In this document: positions 21,140 through 34,800 of the stretch, in pieces
How positions within the stretch are numbered: the stretch's first letter is position 1
How the letters are laid out: every line of letters starts with the position of its first letter
From: a virus
IMG/VR virus record: IMGVR_UViG_3300044971_004534
DNA length: 64,000 bases
Strand: one strand, 5' to 3'
The notes under the pieces: generated by a model
The model's database searches: none
The model's input: only the letters and a program-made list of their open reading frames with translations
Told to the model about the DNA's origin: nothing
Translations under genes and position numbers: made by a program

Positions 21140-22837
21140 ATGGGATACACAGATCTTAGTTTTTATCTTGGCTTACGTAGATTGGCTGGTATTAGATCAG
21201 CTGCTCCTGCGGTAATTGTTATTGATCAAAATTTAGGACAAGAAGTTTATGTGGTAAGGAAGAATGAAATTATCACATTATGGGGTTGTGAAATGATGCC
21301 TCTGCAATCAGATTGCATTCGTATAAGTTACAAATCCACTGCATCTTCTTCTTGGACTGTTTTAAAAGACTATTTAGCTCAGACATCATTGGGAATATTT
21401 GGAAGTAATGTTTCAACAGATCCTAATTTATTTTTATCTGGTTCTCCATCTCTGGCGGATAATTATGAGTTGAATGATCCTGTCTATAAGGACGGTTTTA
21501 AAATTAGTGGAGTGACTTATTGTAGAGAACATGATAGTCCTTTTAAAACAGTTGGGTATTCTGGATCATGGATATATAGGCAAGAACAGCAGATTCATGC
21601 CAAAGTTTCATACAACAATTTTGGACGAGGTTTTAGATTTTTTCAAGACGGATATTATAAGTTTGATTATGATGAATCAAAATCAGCATTGTACAAAAAA
21701 ACAACAGGTTCAGCTAATCCAGTAGATCCTGATGCTGCTGATTATAATACATTCAAATACAATGGTTCTGTGCCGTGGACCCCAGTAGATAGAAGCCTGT
21801 ATGAGCATGGCGATGTTTTATTAAGATCCATTATAATTAGATGTGCAACTAATTTTGATGCAGTTGCAAATGCAAGTTATAGCGATAGCGACTTGTCTTC
21901 TTTAAATCCAACAGTAAGTTCTTTGCCTATCAACACTAGTCAAAACATATGCAGAAAAATAGGGTTGCAAGTAAAGTCAAAATCTTATGATGTTTCTGGA
22001 GGTTCAAAGCCAACGTGTTCTGCTAATGGTTTTTTGATAGACATTTCATCTGCTGGAGTTGCATCGACTACTATTAATCAATTTGATACAAATATTTCGT
22101 TTACTAGTGGTACTATAGTTAAAAATATTAGAAATAGGACTTTTGACACTGTCAATTTTGTGGGTCCTGGCGATTTTGTTCAGCATATATCTCCAATTCC
22201 TGGTTCAGACTATTGTGCTCAGCCAGTTGATATGCGTAATTCTAGATTTTATAATTGCACATTTAAAAATGTTATTTTTGGATCTCCTGGAAAATCTCAA
22301 TTGATATTAGATGGTTCGATATTTTTTCAATGTAACTTTGAAAGTTGTAAGCTTTATTTAAATCCTAAAAACATATTATTTAAGAACTGTACTGTTAATA
22401 ATAGTTCAGTGTCTGAAGGATTTTTAATTATGAATGGATCTTTTGGTAATATGTTTACAGATCTTATTGTAAAAGACACTAACAGGCCATTTGTTTTTGT
22501 TAATAATGAAAATAGCAATAATAGTAATTTTATTATAATGAGTAATTTTAGTCAAGGTGGAGATGTGGAGCTAGGTAGCTGTCCATTTGTAAATGTAGTT
22601 CCTGGTTCTAATTCTGCTCATTCTTCTTCATTTTCTGGCAATATTATTATGCGTAATTATATTGATGATGGATCTGGAGATCCTGTCAGAATAGAAAAAA
22701 CTTCAGCTCATGGTAATTTTTTTGGTGGAAATTACATGATTTCCCATGGAAATCTATCTTTAGCAGAAGACTTGAAACAGAAGCAAAAAAATAAGGATTT
22801 TATTAGATATCCCAGTATTAAGCCCTATACTTCGTAA
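21140..22837 (+). CDS. Fibre/receptor-binding-like protein, paralogue 3 (565 aa)
   Basis: The N-terminus LAGIRSAAPAVIV...ITLWGCEMMPLQSDCIRISY, plus DGYYKFDYDES and VDMRNSRFYNCTFKNVIFG...FFQCNFESC, mark the same family as the two preceding ORFs. Confidence 0.85.
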   Translation: MGYTDLSFYLGLRRLAGIRSAAPAVIVIDQNLGQEVYVVRKNEIITLWGCEMMPLQSDCIRISYKSTASSSWTVLKDYLAQTSLGIFGSNVSTDPNLFLSGSPSLADNYELNDPVYKDGFKISGVTYCREHDSPFKTVGYSGSWIYRQEQQIHAKVSYNNFGRGFRFFQDGYYKFDYDESKSALYKKTTGSANPVDPDAADYNTFKYNGSVPWTPVDRSLYEHGDVLLRSIIIRCATNFDAVANASYSDSDLSSLNPTVSSLPINTSQNICRKIGLQVKSKSYDVSGGSKPTCSANGFLIDISSAGVASTTINQFDTNISFTSGTIVKNIRNRTFDTVNFVGPGDFVQHISPIPGSDYCAQPVDMRNSRFYNCTFKNVIFGSPGKSQLILDGSIFFQCNFESCKLYLNPKNILFKNCTVNNSSVSEGFLIMNGSFGNMFTDLIVKDTNRPFVFVNNENSNNSNFIIMSNFSQGGDVELGSCPFVNVVPGSNSAHSSSFSGNIIMRNYIDDGSGDPVRIEKTSAHGNFFGGNYMISHGNLSLAEDLKQKQKNKDFIRYPSIKPYTS

Positions 22838-22894
22838 AATATAATTTTTATTTATACGAAATAATAAGTATAGTCAATATTATTGGTAATTTAA
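22838..22894 (+). promoter_or_regulatory. Largest intergenic gap; candidate internal promoter region
   Basis: This is the longest intergenic gap in the window (57 nt). It is extremely AT-rich and has a TATAAT hexamer at 22840-22845. There is no convincing -35 element, no SD before ATG 22895 and no exact T4-type TATAAATA. Confidence 0.2.
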
Positions 22895-25800
22895 ATGACC
22901 TGGCCAGTTATTTCTTCAAGCAATCCTTTTGCTCAAACCATAAATCTCAGTTCTGATTCTGATTTACCACCTATAGCTAGATGGTCTAGCGTGCCCATGC
23001 AATGGGTTCACGATGGAGAATCGATAAGAGCATCTGTGGTAGCGTATCACTCTGCTGGTATACAAAGAGTTGATTTTATTTGCGACGGCGGAGAGTACGA
23101 GTCTGGTGGTCATATTATTAGCGTTATTAATCCTGTAGCGGACGCAGTTTCAAAGCAGGATGAGTATGCCTGTAGTATTGATATAGATAGTACTTGGCCT
23201 GAAGGAATTCATACAATCAGGGCTATTGTTTATTCTAATGCTGGCACTCAAAGAGTATTGCAGGGAACTTGGTTGCCAAAGTTTTCGTCCTCTTCAGACG
23301 AATATTCTTATGCATCGAATGGAGAGGTTGATTTTACTTTTATAGTTAATCGTGGATCTTATGACGGCATTACAGTTTATGTAGATTCTGTAAATGGCAA
23401 TGACGCTAATTCGGGTACTTTTGGCTCACCATTAAAAAATCTATGGAGCGCAATAGTTAAGATTCATGCAAGCCATACAGAAGGCTCTATTAGAGAAGAC
23501 GTTATTGTCTGTAAGGCTGGAGAGTATAGAATAAGCCCACTTGTCCAAAGCGATTATCCCGGCGGAGTGATTTCAGATGCACCATTGGGGTCTGGAAGAA
23601 TTGGTTGGTTGAAAATAAAGTCGATGGATGGTGTGAATAAAAAAGATGTGGTTATCACCAACCGTTCCATTAATTTTGGCAGTGTTGGATCTCCTTCAAG
23701 TTATACAGTACTTTCTAATTCTTTAGAATCTCGTTTTACTAATTTTGAAAATTTAACTTTAGAAAACTTTTATGATAGCAGTACAAATGTATCTGGAGAA
23801 AAGAATTTTATTATTAAAACTGGCGCGAATGTAGATAGCAGAGGAGTGTGGTTGAATGGCTGCAGTATTAGGGGAAAAGTAGGGGTATCTGTTGATACGT
23901 TAGTGTCTAGTTTAAATAGTCAGTCAAATATTTCTTTTAAAGCTTATCCTGGCATATCAGAGAATATAGTTGGGTTTGCTACTAATTGTTCAGTCAATGG
24001 CTTGTATAGAGGTTTTAAAGATTTTGCTTTAGTGAAGCAGTGTGGAATAGGCAGTGTCGTAGAGTACGCAGCAAAAAACTGTGCTGCTTTGATGTCGTGC
24101 AACATATCCAGTGTCGGGAATGTGGGAGCTGTATCTGGATCTGCAGTGATCAGCTTTACTGAAGATTCAGGAATAAAGAAAAATATTATTATATCTAAAA
24201 ATAATATTAATAAATCTGCTATTGCTCATTTTAGTTTTGATGCTAATGGAGCAACATTCAGTCCTAATGATTTTTACGAGAGTATAGCAATAGTCTCAAA
24301 TTATTTTACTAGATTTTCTGGTGGTCCAGGTAAGTCTTATATTTTTAATGGGATCAAGCAAGCATTTATTGTTCACAATAGTATGCTTGACAGTCTATCC
24401 TTTCATGATACACCAAATGGAGCGTGGACTAACCCAGCCAATGTGAGCAGCATATATTGCAGATACAATTTATTAAATGGAATTATAGTTGATTCAACAT
24501 CTGGCTCAACAGCTTCATTAGGTGCTGGTTTATCAAAGTTAAATACTTCTTTAACAAATTCAAATTCTGATATATCTGCAAATATATTTTTATTACCATC
24601 GGTTTCTTCTAACCCGCTTTTCTTATCTCTAATAGTAGCTAATCAGAACACGCAGGTAAATACAAGTTCACACAAAGTTGTCAAAAATTATTCTGAAGGA
24701 AATCTTGCTCTTTTGTGTGTTTCTCTTAATGGGGTTTCTAATCCAGCAAAAGGTTTAGAAAGTTCATCTATTTTGAATACTGACATTTTGGGTAATTCAT
24801 ATGAGAATTCTAAGGGAGATTGTGGTGCGAGACAGGATTGCACTGAAGAGGTTTCTCCAGATATTATAGAGACAACTGAAATTAAAACAGTTCCTATATC
24901 TGGATTTCCAATACTTGGAGCTAATCAAGTAGACTTCTTTCAGTCTTCTACTTTTGCTTTACAGTATCAGTTTAGCGCTTTTGATATGGTTCTTTGGTAT
25001 GATCAAAACGTAAGAAATTTTCCTGCTTCTGCTACAGAGACGGGATCACCTTACTACCCAGGTGGCTCTTATCAAGAGTGTCAGATTTGCACTTTGGGCC
25101 CAGGATTGTGCACAAGTACAGTTGATGGTGGCGCAAATTGGTTTAAGAGATGGAGTCTGCCTTCGAGTTTGACATTTGAGCTTTCTACTCTTCCTGCTTG
25201 TGACAGTGGGAATACTTCTAAGATAGCTGGTACTCGTGCTGCGTTTAGAGAGTATTTCGATGTTGATGGTATGGTGCGCGGAATGTCAAGGTATAACCCA
25301 GACTGGGCATTAGTATTTCTGCATGGTGGGTCAGAGCCATTGTGGTGGGATACTCAGATACCTGGAATGAGCCAATGGGCTTTGCTTAAAGATGATGGAG
25401 AAGAAAGCACTTCTATGGGTCTTGGAATGGACGTAGTGCAGGCCTACAAAGATGCATCAAATAAGTATAAGCAAAAATTGATGGCTTACTTTTTTCCATT
25501 TGCTTGGATTGAGTTAGATTCTTCTGTTTATCCTTATGCATTAGATATTTTTGGAAATCATGTTACTGAGGGCAGACATGGACCAACTATAAGCTATAGA
25601 TCTTCTTTTAATGATGCATTTGTTGACCTGCTATGCCAGATACATGTTGAGATGGCTCGCAAGTGTTTTGATATAGAAACAGGCTATGGATTCGCTGGGT
25701 GTATGTGGGATGCAGCTCCGATGTTGTATACACTTGACTTTAGTCCTGACGCAATTGCTGCATCTGGAATAGATGCTACTAAAGATTTTCCTTGGCCACT

Positions 25801-28800
25801 TAATAATCCGGCAGATGGTTCCAACACTGCTTTATTGACAGCATTTGTAAGTGAAGTTACCGCTAATGCGAATCCAGGTTCTCTCTTATTAAGAGATCCA
25901 AATCCCGCTAGAGGCTGGACACAGGATATTAAGGATAAGTTGCAGGCATATGTATATGCATTAAATAATCTTCAACCAGACATCATGCGCCGCATAAGAG
26001 AAGCTGTAGATGAAGCTGGATATTCTGATTTCGTGATCCTTCATGCTGTTGCAAACTCTCAGCCATCTTTTGAGTGGCCAGGCAATGCTGAAGATGTTGC
26101 ACTATATTCTTCTGGTGTCAAAACAGAAATAGGTGCAGAAGGCTATCTGAGAAGAAGGCAGGCTTCAAACGTTACTAGCAAAACTGGATCTAAAGCAGCT
26201 CCAGATTTATGGCTTGCCATGCATACAGATTTTTTAATGTCTCAGTCTAGAACTGGAAAAAGAGCTTATGGATGGCAAATTGGTCAATGGATTATACCAA
26301 ATTGGATAAGTGGTAGTGAATGTGACGCTACATTTAAATCTTGCTTAACAACTTTTGACGGTAATTATTCCAATAAAGTAGAGTTTAAAAACAATCTTCT
26401 TCCAAGAGATATAGCAGTACGTGGTTGGTTGGAAAACCAATCTTTATTAGCTCTGGCTTCTCACGTTACCCCAGAGTTTATGTATGGGTTTTATGATTGG
26501 TATAAATATGATCAAGTAGAAGACTTGTCAGGATTTGAGAATGCTGCAGACGCCTTTGCAATACAGCATCTTCCTTATATGAGAAGAATTTCTTCCATAC
26601 TTGGATCTGTTAGTGATGCAAACGTCAAGTTGCACAATAGATCAAATGTTGCATGGTGTGTTATATTGCATCGTCCAGAGCTGGGCTGGAAGACAAGTTT
26701 GTATATTAATACTGGTGTTAATGAATCATTCTCTGGCCCTGGTTTTGCTTACTACTGGCCAATATTTGGAGCTGTACAGACATGTGTTGAGCATGGCATT
26801 GCTCACGTTATTGCTCAGGATGATGCTTTTACTGCAAGTAATTTTGCAAATTCTGGAGTAGTTATAGTTCCTTTTGACAAAAATCTTTTGTCTGCTTCTG
26901 TGAGAAATGAGCTTGAATTATTTGATGGACTTGTCATATATGTGCAAGACGCCATAGCAAACGGTGAGCTTGATGATAATTTCCATAATACCCAGTCAGT
27001 TGGAAATAAAACAAGAGCTCAAGTTTCTAGAGATCAGTTGTGGAATTTGATGCAAAGAACTAATAAAAATTTAGTATTGCAAACAGAGTTTTCTTATCCT
27101 CAAAATTTGCCTGAATCTCCAATTCCGATGGTTGGTTATGAAATAGGAACTGATGTTTATGAAAATCAATCTCTACTTGTGACCTTAGTTGCAGATGCTG
27201 CTTGGCACGATGGTAGAAAATATGGATTCTTTGGTCTTACCGTCAATAACTATCCAGTAAATGGAGTTTGTGGTAGACAAAATTTGTTACTTGCATCTCC
27301 TAACGATCCAGAAAATGATCTTGTTAATTCTTTAAATTTAAGGAAAATATTAGATGTATGTAGTTGCACTTATACTGACACATTTACTACAATTAATACT
27401 ATAGCTGGTAGAGATTGCTATTATGTTAATCATTCTGCTGCTGGAGTAATACCGGTAGAGGTATTGCCAGCAAGAGGCAAGCTTAACTATTATGCTGGAT
27501 ATCCTCCAGTTTGGAATAGTAATAGAAGCGCAAGAATAACATTCAATGCTTCTCAAAAGCCTTATAGACTTAGACAGTTATTGTTAAATAAAGATGATGG
27601 AGTTTTTGGTCCAGTTGACATGTTTGTTAACAATGACTTTGTTGATGTTGTTCCGTTTGAAATTGGATCTTTTGTACAGGTTCAATTATCAGATGCTGAC
27701 ATTATCCCGCATGTTGGAATGTGTGTATCTGAAGATTTACTAAAAGTCGCCAGTGTTGATGATCTAATTTCTTTACTAAGTTTTTTAAGAGATCAGCCAG
27801 CATCATTCAACGTTATAAAAGTTAGATTGTCATGCGGTTCTTCAATGGTCGAAGGCGACGTAGTTGCTAATACTTTATTCACAGAAATCATTTCACATGC
27901 ACAGTCTAATCAAAATGCATATTCTTGGCTTGTAAATAATGTTGGGGAAATAGGAAGTCCTACTATTCACACTTTATTTGGCCTACTTAGATCTACGTCA
28001 CAAAATCCATGTGGAGATGGATCTTTCTCTGTTGGTGGAGTTTTAATACAAAATGAAGGTATCTGCAAAATTGCATCAGCGTTAACTTCACTATCTACTA
28101 TGTATAATCGTTTAACTAGCGATAGTCAATGTTACTGTGAATCTTCAGATACCTATAAGCTATACTCATCTAAGGTAAATTTAGACAGATCTTTAAGTCC
28201 TTCCGATGGCTCTAGCTGGGCTGCGACGGTAGAAGATGAAATCTCTGCCATATCAGACGCTAGCGATGGTTTAATGATGTACATTAGGCCTGTAAGTGAT
28301 ATTTCAAGTGATTACTACAATATTGACGTGAATGGTTTGCCAATTATAGATGGAATTGTTAAATATGTTTCTGATGTTAATGACGCAATACTTTCACATA
28401 CTGCTAACGTACAAGATGCTTCAGATTATTATGCAGGAGTCGTATTAGACTTTGAGCATCTTTTTAATATAAATAGCCCTCTTGCTACCTTGCACGCAGA
28501 CGCATGTTCTTACCCATTCTTTATAAATTCTCAGGGCTCAGATTCTTTTGACAATGTCAGGAGATCAATTGCTTATGTAAATGGCAGATTAATATCTGTG
28601 CTAAGTGCTATTAAATTTATAAATCCAAAACTACAGGTTTCTATAAGGGGTCTCGGAAGAATAGATGATGCTTTTGGCTTTGAGGAAAGTAAAGACTCTA
28701 GTGCAGTACATACGGCAGCAAATTGCACTCCAAAAGCACGTGAAGAGTTGTATAAAAGAGTATCAGAATTTTATGGTCCACTTTTAGAAGCTTGTGATTT

Positions 28801-31800
28801 CGTATACCTTTGGAATGCAAATGAATCTGAAGATGCAGATCTTTCTGGTATTATTCCTAGTATAGCCAAGGCTAATTTAAGACTTTCCTCTTTATCTAAG
28901 CACTTTGAATATAGACAAGCTAATCAGCCATTAATATTTGTTGAAATAAATGGAACATATTTGTCTTCTAATGGCAATTCGCCTAGTGATTACTGTGAAG
29001 TTTCAAGTGCAGAAATTCTCGCAGAGTCACTTGATCCGTTTATTCGTAATAGTATAGATGGATTTGTGTATTATGCTGGTCAAGAAAATATAGAAAAGTC
29101 TATTTTTGAAAATTGCCCAACTTCTATTTCTAATTCAGCAATTGCCGCAGCAGTATCTTCTTGCTGGGATGTTGCTATATCTAATTGCTCTAGTGAAAGC
29201 GGCGTAATATCTGCATTTGAATCTTCAATATTAAATCATATTGAGTTAATATCATCACATATTGGTGGAAGCACTACAGAATCTTATATTCCATTTATTA
29301 TTATGATGGGAGAGTCTAATGCTGGAGGTTTGGCAAAGAATTCAGAAGCTTTAGCTTCTGAATTAGGAACAAGAGATGAAGTTAAAATTTTAAATAATTA
29401 TACTTTAAATTTTGAAACTTTAAATATTAGTGCTACAGGTAATAATATTTTAGATCACCGTAACCCAAACGGTATACCAGATGTTACAGATTCTATATGG
29501 AATTCTAATGGTGGGCCTCCTCATGGCTGGGAGCTTGGTTTAGCTAATGCTGTAAGAGATGGAAAATTTGCAACAGATTTTGTCTATCTTCTAAAAACAG
29601 GTCATGGTGGTTCTAAGATTGGAGACAATGCTATTGATGGTGACTGGGACACCTCTGATACTTATTGGAATTTATTTGTCAATAGATTTAATGTCGCTAA
29701 ATCTGCTATTATTGCTGATGGATATACTCCACAGGTATATTTATGGTATGAAATAGGAATTAATGATTGCATATCTAATGTAAATCCATCTCAGTGGAAA
29801 ACAAAATTAGTACAAAAGTTTATAAATGTAAGATCTGCTGTAGGTGCAAATATACCAATATTCATAGTATTATTGCCAGATGTTGATATGTCCGGTGGCT
29901 CTATTGATAACATATCTGATTTCAATAATGCTATTTTAGAAATTTGTGCAGAAAATAACTTAATATATTGGGTTAAATCAGAAGATGCTCCATTAAAGTC
30001 TGGTGATATTTATCACTGGAATTATTATGGCATGAAAAATCTTGCTGATAAAATGTCGTACTTGACTGCAGATGTTATTGGTCAAGGCATAAATTATATT
30101 GCAAATATCGCAGTGGCTCCTAATCAGCCAGACTACAACAATTTTTCCCCAGTTATTGGATTTATACCTTACAGTAATTCATCAGATCCAGCTTTAGAGT
30201 TTGTTTATCCGTCATTCGAGGTTAGGGGTAGACTTTCTGGTAATGCCATAAATGACGAGCCAGGATCTGGTCCTTATCCAAGTAGTGATGGGTCTCCTTC
30301 GCAAGCTATATCTTTCTTTAATTCTAAGGGTATACCAGCAGCAAGAAGATCAGTATTCTATTTTAATATTGGATCATCAACATTTGATGGGGTATTTTCT
30401 GATCCTATATACAATAGAACTTATGAACAACTATATAATTCATCAGACAGTTGTATAGATGCAAATGGAGATATAGTAAGACAAGACACGTTAGATCCAA
30501 GAGAGGCTCAAAATCCTACTTATAGAGGAAGTCTAGCTTTTGTTTCTCCGTGGACATTAGGAGCAAATACAAGACTTGAACAATTTACTCGTCAATGGGT
30601 TGGAGAATATAAAAATTTAAATGGAAAGATTTATGGCTTTATATCTGATAATGAATCCCTCAACCCAACTGGCTTTTGGGCTGTCCCATCTTTAAGGTAT
30701 GACAACAATAACACTTCTCGCATTCCGCACTTCCAAAAAATAATTAATGATCCAAGATCCTTGCTTACTAATGAAAGTGCTGGATACGCTTTTGAAATTG
30801 GTAAAAACCTGAAAGACCAATTAAGGCTGAATGATTTTTACAACATAAACGATTTTGACTCCGTTGATTTTAGAACTATTGATGACCCGCAGTTCAGGGG
30901 AGGCTACCTGCACTGGGATTATGTGATGTATAGGCATGCCATATGGTATGCTCAAAAGCACTGGTACGATGCCATTAGTGATTATTTTCCAAATCATAAT
31001 TCAACACATGTTTGGACATTCTATATTCCCAAAGAAGATCATTTTAATGATATGAATGGTCATATTACTTACAGAGATATGCTTTGTGGTAATACTGCAA
31101 ATCCTTTATTGTTTGGAGAATGTGGTGGAATTGGAATCAACAGTGAAATAGATCCAAACAATAAAACACGAACAAGATTCTTATCTCAATACAATCCTGG
31201 TGGAACTCCTTTTGGCTCTAGGGCTTGGAATAGCTTGTTGTTGCAGCAACAGGAAATAAAGGCAATACGTAGACATCCAGAAAATCAAAAATTTATACCA
31301 TGGATAGGAAGTAGAAATCTTATTTTGAATAACGCTTTTGGTGGTGGATCAGATGTGAATCATGATTCTCTGTGGGCTGAGGGAGTATATCACTTAGCTT
31401 TACACAATCCAGAAGCTATATACATGTTCTACCCCAGAAATCCAGATGGAGCTGGGGACACTGCTTGGTATATTGAGAATGGTCTAGTTTCTTATCAATT
31501 ATTAAATTCTATATTGAAAGAAGTGAATGAAAGAACTGGAAATAAAATTGTTTCTCTTGTTGAAAGTTCTATACAAAGAATAAACCTTGATAGTAAAGTT
31601 TTAATAACTGGTTGCAAAACTATTAAAAATAAACATCTATGGAGAATAACGGCAGATGTTTTACATGTTAATTCTTTGAATATAGATGGTTCTGTTTTTG
31701 CAGTACAGTCTAGCAGTCCTGCCATATGGTATGAAACTGGAACAAATGTTGCAGCAATCAATATTCTTTCTTATGATCCAGTTACTAAGACTTTAAATCT

Positions 31801-34800
31801 TGTGTCTTCATCTGCAGAAGCTCCTTTGTGTAAGTCTTGTATGTCTGCATTCATTTCTCCAGCTATTACTGCTTCAGAGTTTAATGTTGATAAAAATTCA
31901 TTCCCTCAAAACATTTTCTCTATGATAGAAATTAGTGATCGTGTTTTGTCAAGAGATACTTATGATCCTAATGGCGCGTGTGCAGCCAATGCTTCCGCAA
32001 TAGTTTCTTGTAATAAATATGCATTTTATAAGAATGATACCAGTGATTACAATATTGATGGCGGAATTAACTATATTAATGACGTTGTTCTTGGCGCTTC
32101 AGCTGAAAATGCATTTAATTATACTGGCAATATAGGTTTTGAATTTAGTAAAATAAAACAATTGTTTATTGACTACCTGTCTGTTCCTTCAGGCCTTGCC
32201 GTTATGGGATCAGAATTAAACAAGGCCATCAGGCAGATGTTTGAGACTGTTGTTGTTTCTAAAAACTTTGCGCCAAAAGCAAAGATTGGTATAGTCAATT
32301 CTCCTGTAGTTCCTTTTAGTATGCCAAATTTTGATTGGAGCACAGCAAGTGAGTCTGAAAGATATAACATTATTGACAAGTGTGCTTCTTTAATCGAGGA
32401 TACTATATCAGAAGTAGATTTTATTGCCCTTGACATGAGGCAGCAATTTGAAATTCAAAATAATGTTCAATATGCTTCTTTCTTGTCTTATGCAATATCT
32501 GTAGTTAAGCACTTTAAGCAGTGGCTTTCCAGTAAGGGATTAACTAAAAAGATATTCGCAGTTGTATCTAAAGAAAGCTATCAAGATTTTACAGAAGTCC
32601 CAAACGACAAGTATACTACATTAATAGCTTCAGTATCAGAATATGTTGATGGATTTGTGTATAAGAGTTTAACTGCTGAAAAATGGATTCAACTATTTGA
32701 TGGTGACGCAAATAATGACCAGGCTGCTTTTGATTCACTTTCTTCTATATTAAACAGAAATGTTGGTTCGGCAGATACTGCTACTTACAATGCCATACAG
32801 TCTTACAATCTTAGCAACTTGACGACATTAAAGTCTACTGTATCTTTCAATTGCAGATCTTACAATGTCTCAAACAGTAGTGGAGATGTAATATCATTTA
32901 GAGCAACCAGAGGACCTAGTTACCCAGAGTGGATGAGTAGCGCAAGACTTATGATGAAATTTAGTCTTTCTGCAGAAAACATAAAGTCATGTGCAGCATT
33001 GGCTGTGCCTCATATGCCAGCTGCAAGTTCTCTATCTGATGAAGACACTATAGTTTGCGTATTTGTAAATACTCAATATGTGTCTAATAGTAGCCTGTTT
33101 ACAATAAGTGGTGCGTCTTGCAATGCAGTTAGAAAAATATCTACAGCAAGATCTGTTTTCTTAAATGCTCTTCAACTACAGCAGTTTGTTAACTATGCAG
33201 TCAGTTATGCGCCAGACGTTTTAGTATTTGATGCACATCAATTTGATGAACCCCTATGGTACAGTACTGCCACTCCAATTGGTACTTGGAATATATTAAC
33301 ATCGCATCCAGGATATGGTCTTGGTCCTGGTTTGGATATAATAGACACATATGTTGCTGCAGCCAGTACTGTTGGTTCCAAGTGTGTACTAGATATCAAT
33401 CCATGCTCTTTTGTTACTTTGCCTGCATCTCAATATCCTTATAGTCTAAATTGCTTTGGCGGAATCATTAAAGAAAATTTTGACAATGGCATTAACATAT
33501 CTATTAGAAGTTTCTTAAATCAAAACTTTGTTGATCTTACTTATCAGTATCATGATGAGCTATTTAGTAAGGGTGTTGATGGCGTTATGTGGAACAGAGA
33601 AGTTTTATCCGATTATGGAGACTTTTCCGCAAATGTTATTGAAAAATTTGCTCGGTATTTAGGATACGAATCTGCAAATGAGTTAGAATTTAAAGAAAGA
33701 TTCCCTTTCCCAGCAGTCTGCGGTTCATCACTTGGAAATTATCTATATAGTGCAGCAGGATTCACTGGGACTTGTGATAGTAGCGCTAATATCAGTGTTG
33801 AAGATTTGGTGTTTAAAATACCGAATTTTGGCACATTATATACACAGGAGATAAAAGACACTTTAATTGAATACTTTGCATTCTGTCATAATTTGGCAAA
33901 TGCAAACATACTGTATATACAAAACAAAATTGATTATTCTTATGGAACTTCAGGATTAAAAGTAATTATCCCCCATGTTGGATCGGATATAATTTATAAA
34001 TGGAAGTCATCTTTAAGTTCTGAAATATTAAACTCAGCCAGCGTCATCACTGTTAATTCTGGTATTGAAAAACAAGCTCGCTCTCGTAGAATAAAAAATG
34101 CCAATACTTCTAATAATACTCAAGAAATACAAAGACCTGGAGCTGCTACTGTAGAAAACTTTGGCTTAGACTTGCTGTCTTCTTCTGATGGTAAAAAGAT
34201 TATAATTAGAAAGTTGCCAAATATATTTAAATATGCAGATACCAGTGTGGCGTCTCAGTGGAATAATTTTGATAATGTTAATGCAACGAATATAGTTGAA
34301 GACGGAATTGTTAGAGAGGACGGGATCAAGGGGCATCTTGCTTCTTGTGTATTTGACTACATAAGAGCTGGTCATGCTGTAATGCTTGACATGCCTAATT
34401 GGTCTAATTATCAAGAAGACGGTGAAACTGTCAATTATTCATATGTGAATAATGACCCGCCCAGAAATGATATGCCATTTGTCTTAAATGTAGTAGATAT
34501 TAACTCTTTAATGTCTACTCTAATATCCACTAGTGCTCGTAATAATAAGCATGCATGGGTTGGAGTGCATTATCCAAACAGAGCCAGAAAGTATGTTCAC
34601 GTTTCTGATTCTGTGGCTTCTTTTGGACAGGAATTCTATAGTGATTCAAATCTTGAGCTAAGTCGCTATGGCTATTCTGGAAGCATGTCAATAGGTCAGT
34701 TTAACTGGCCTATTTTTGGCGTGTATGAATCTTGCATATATAGTGGAATATCTTGTGCTGTTATAAATGATACTAGTTTAGAGAATGGAGATTTTTCAGG

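Noticed and set aside
22838-22894. A rho-independent terminator in the largest intergenic gap (TATAC...GTATA)
   Set aside because: The stem is only 5 bp of A/T-rich sequence with a 10-nt loop and no GC clamp or clear T-tract, so it is not credible as a terminator.
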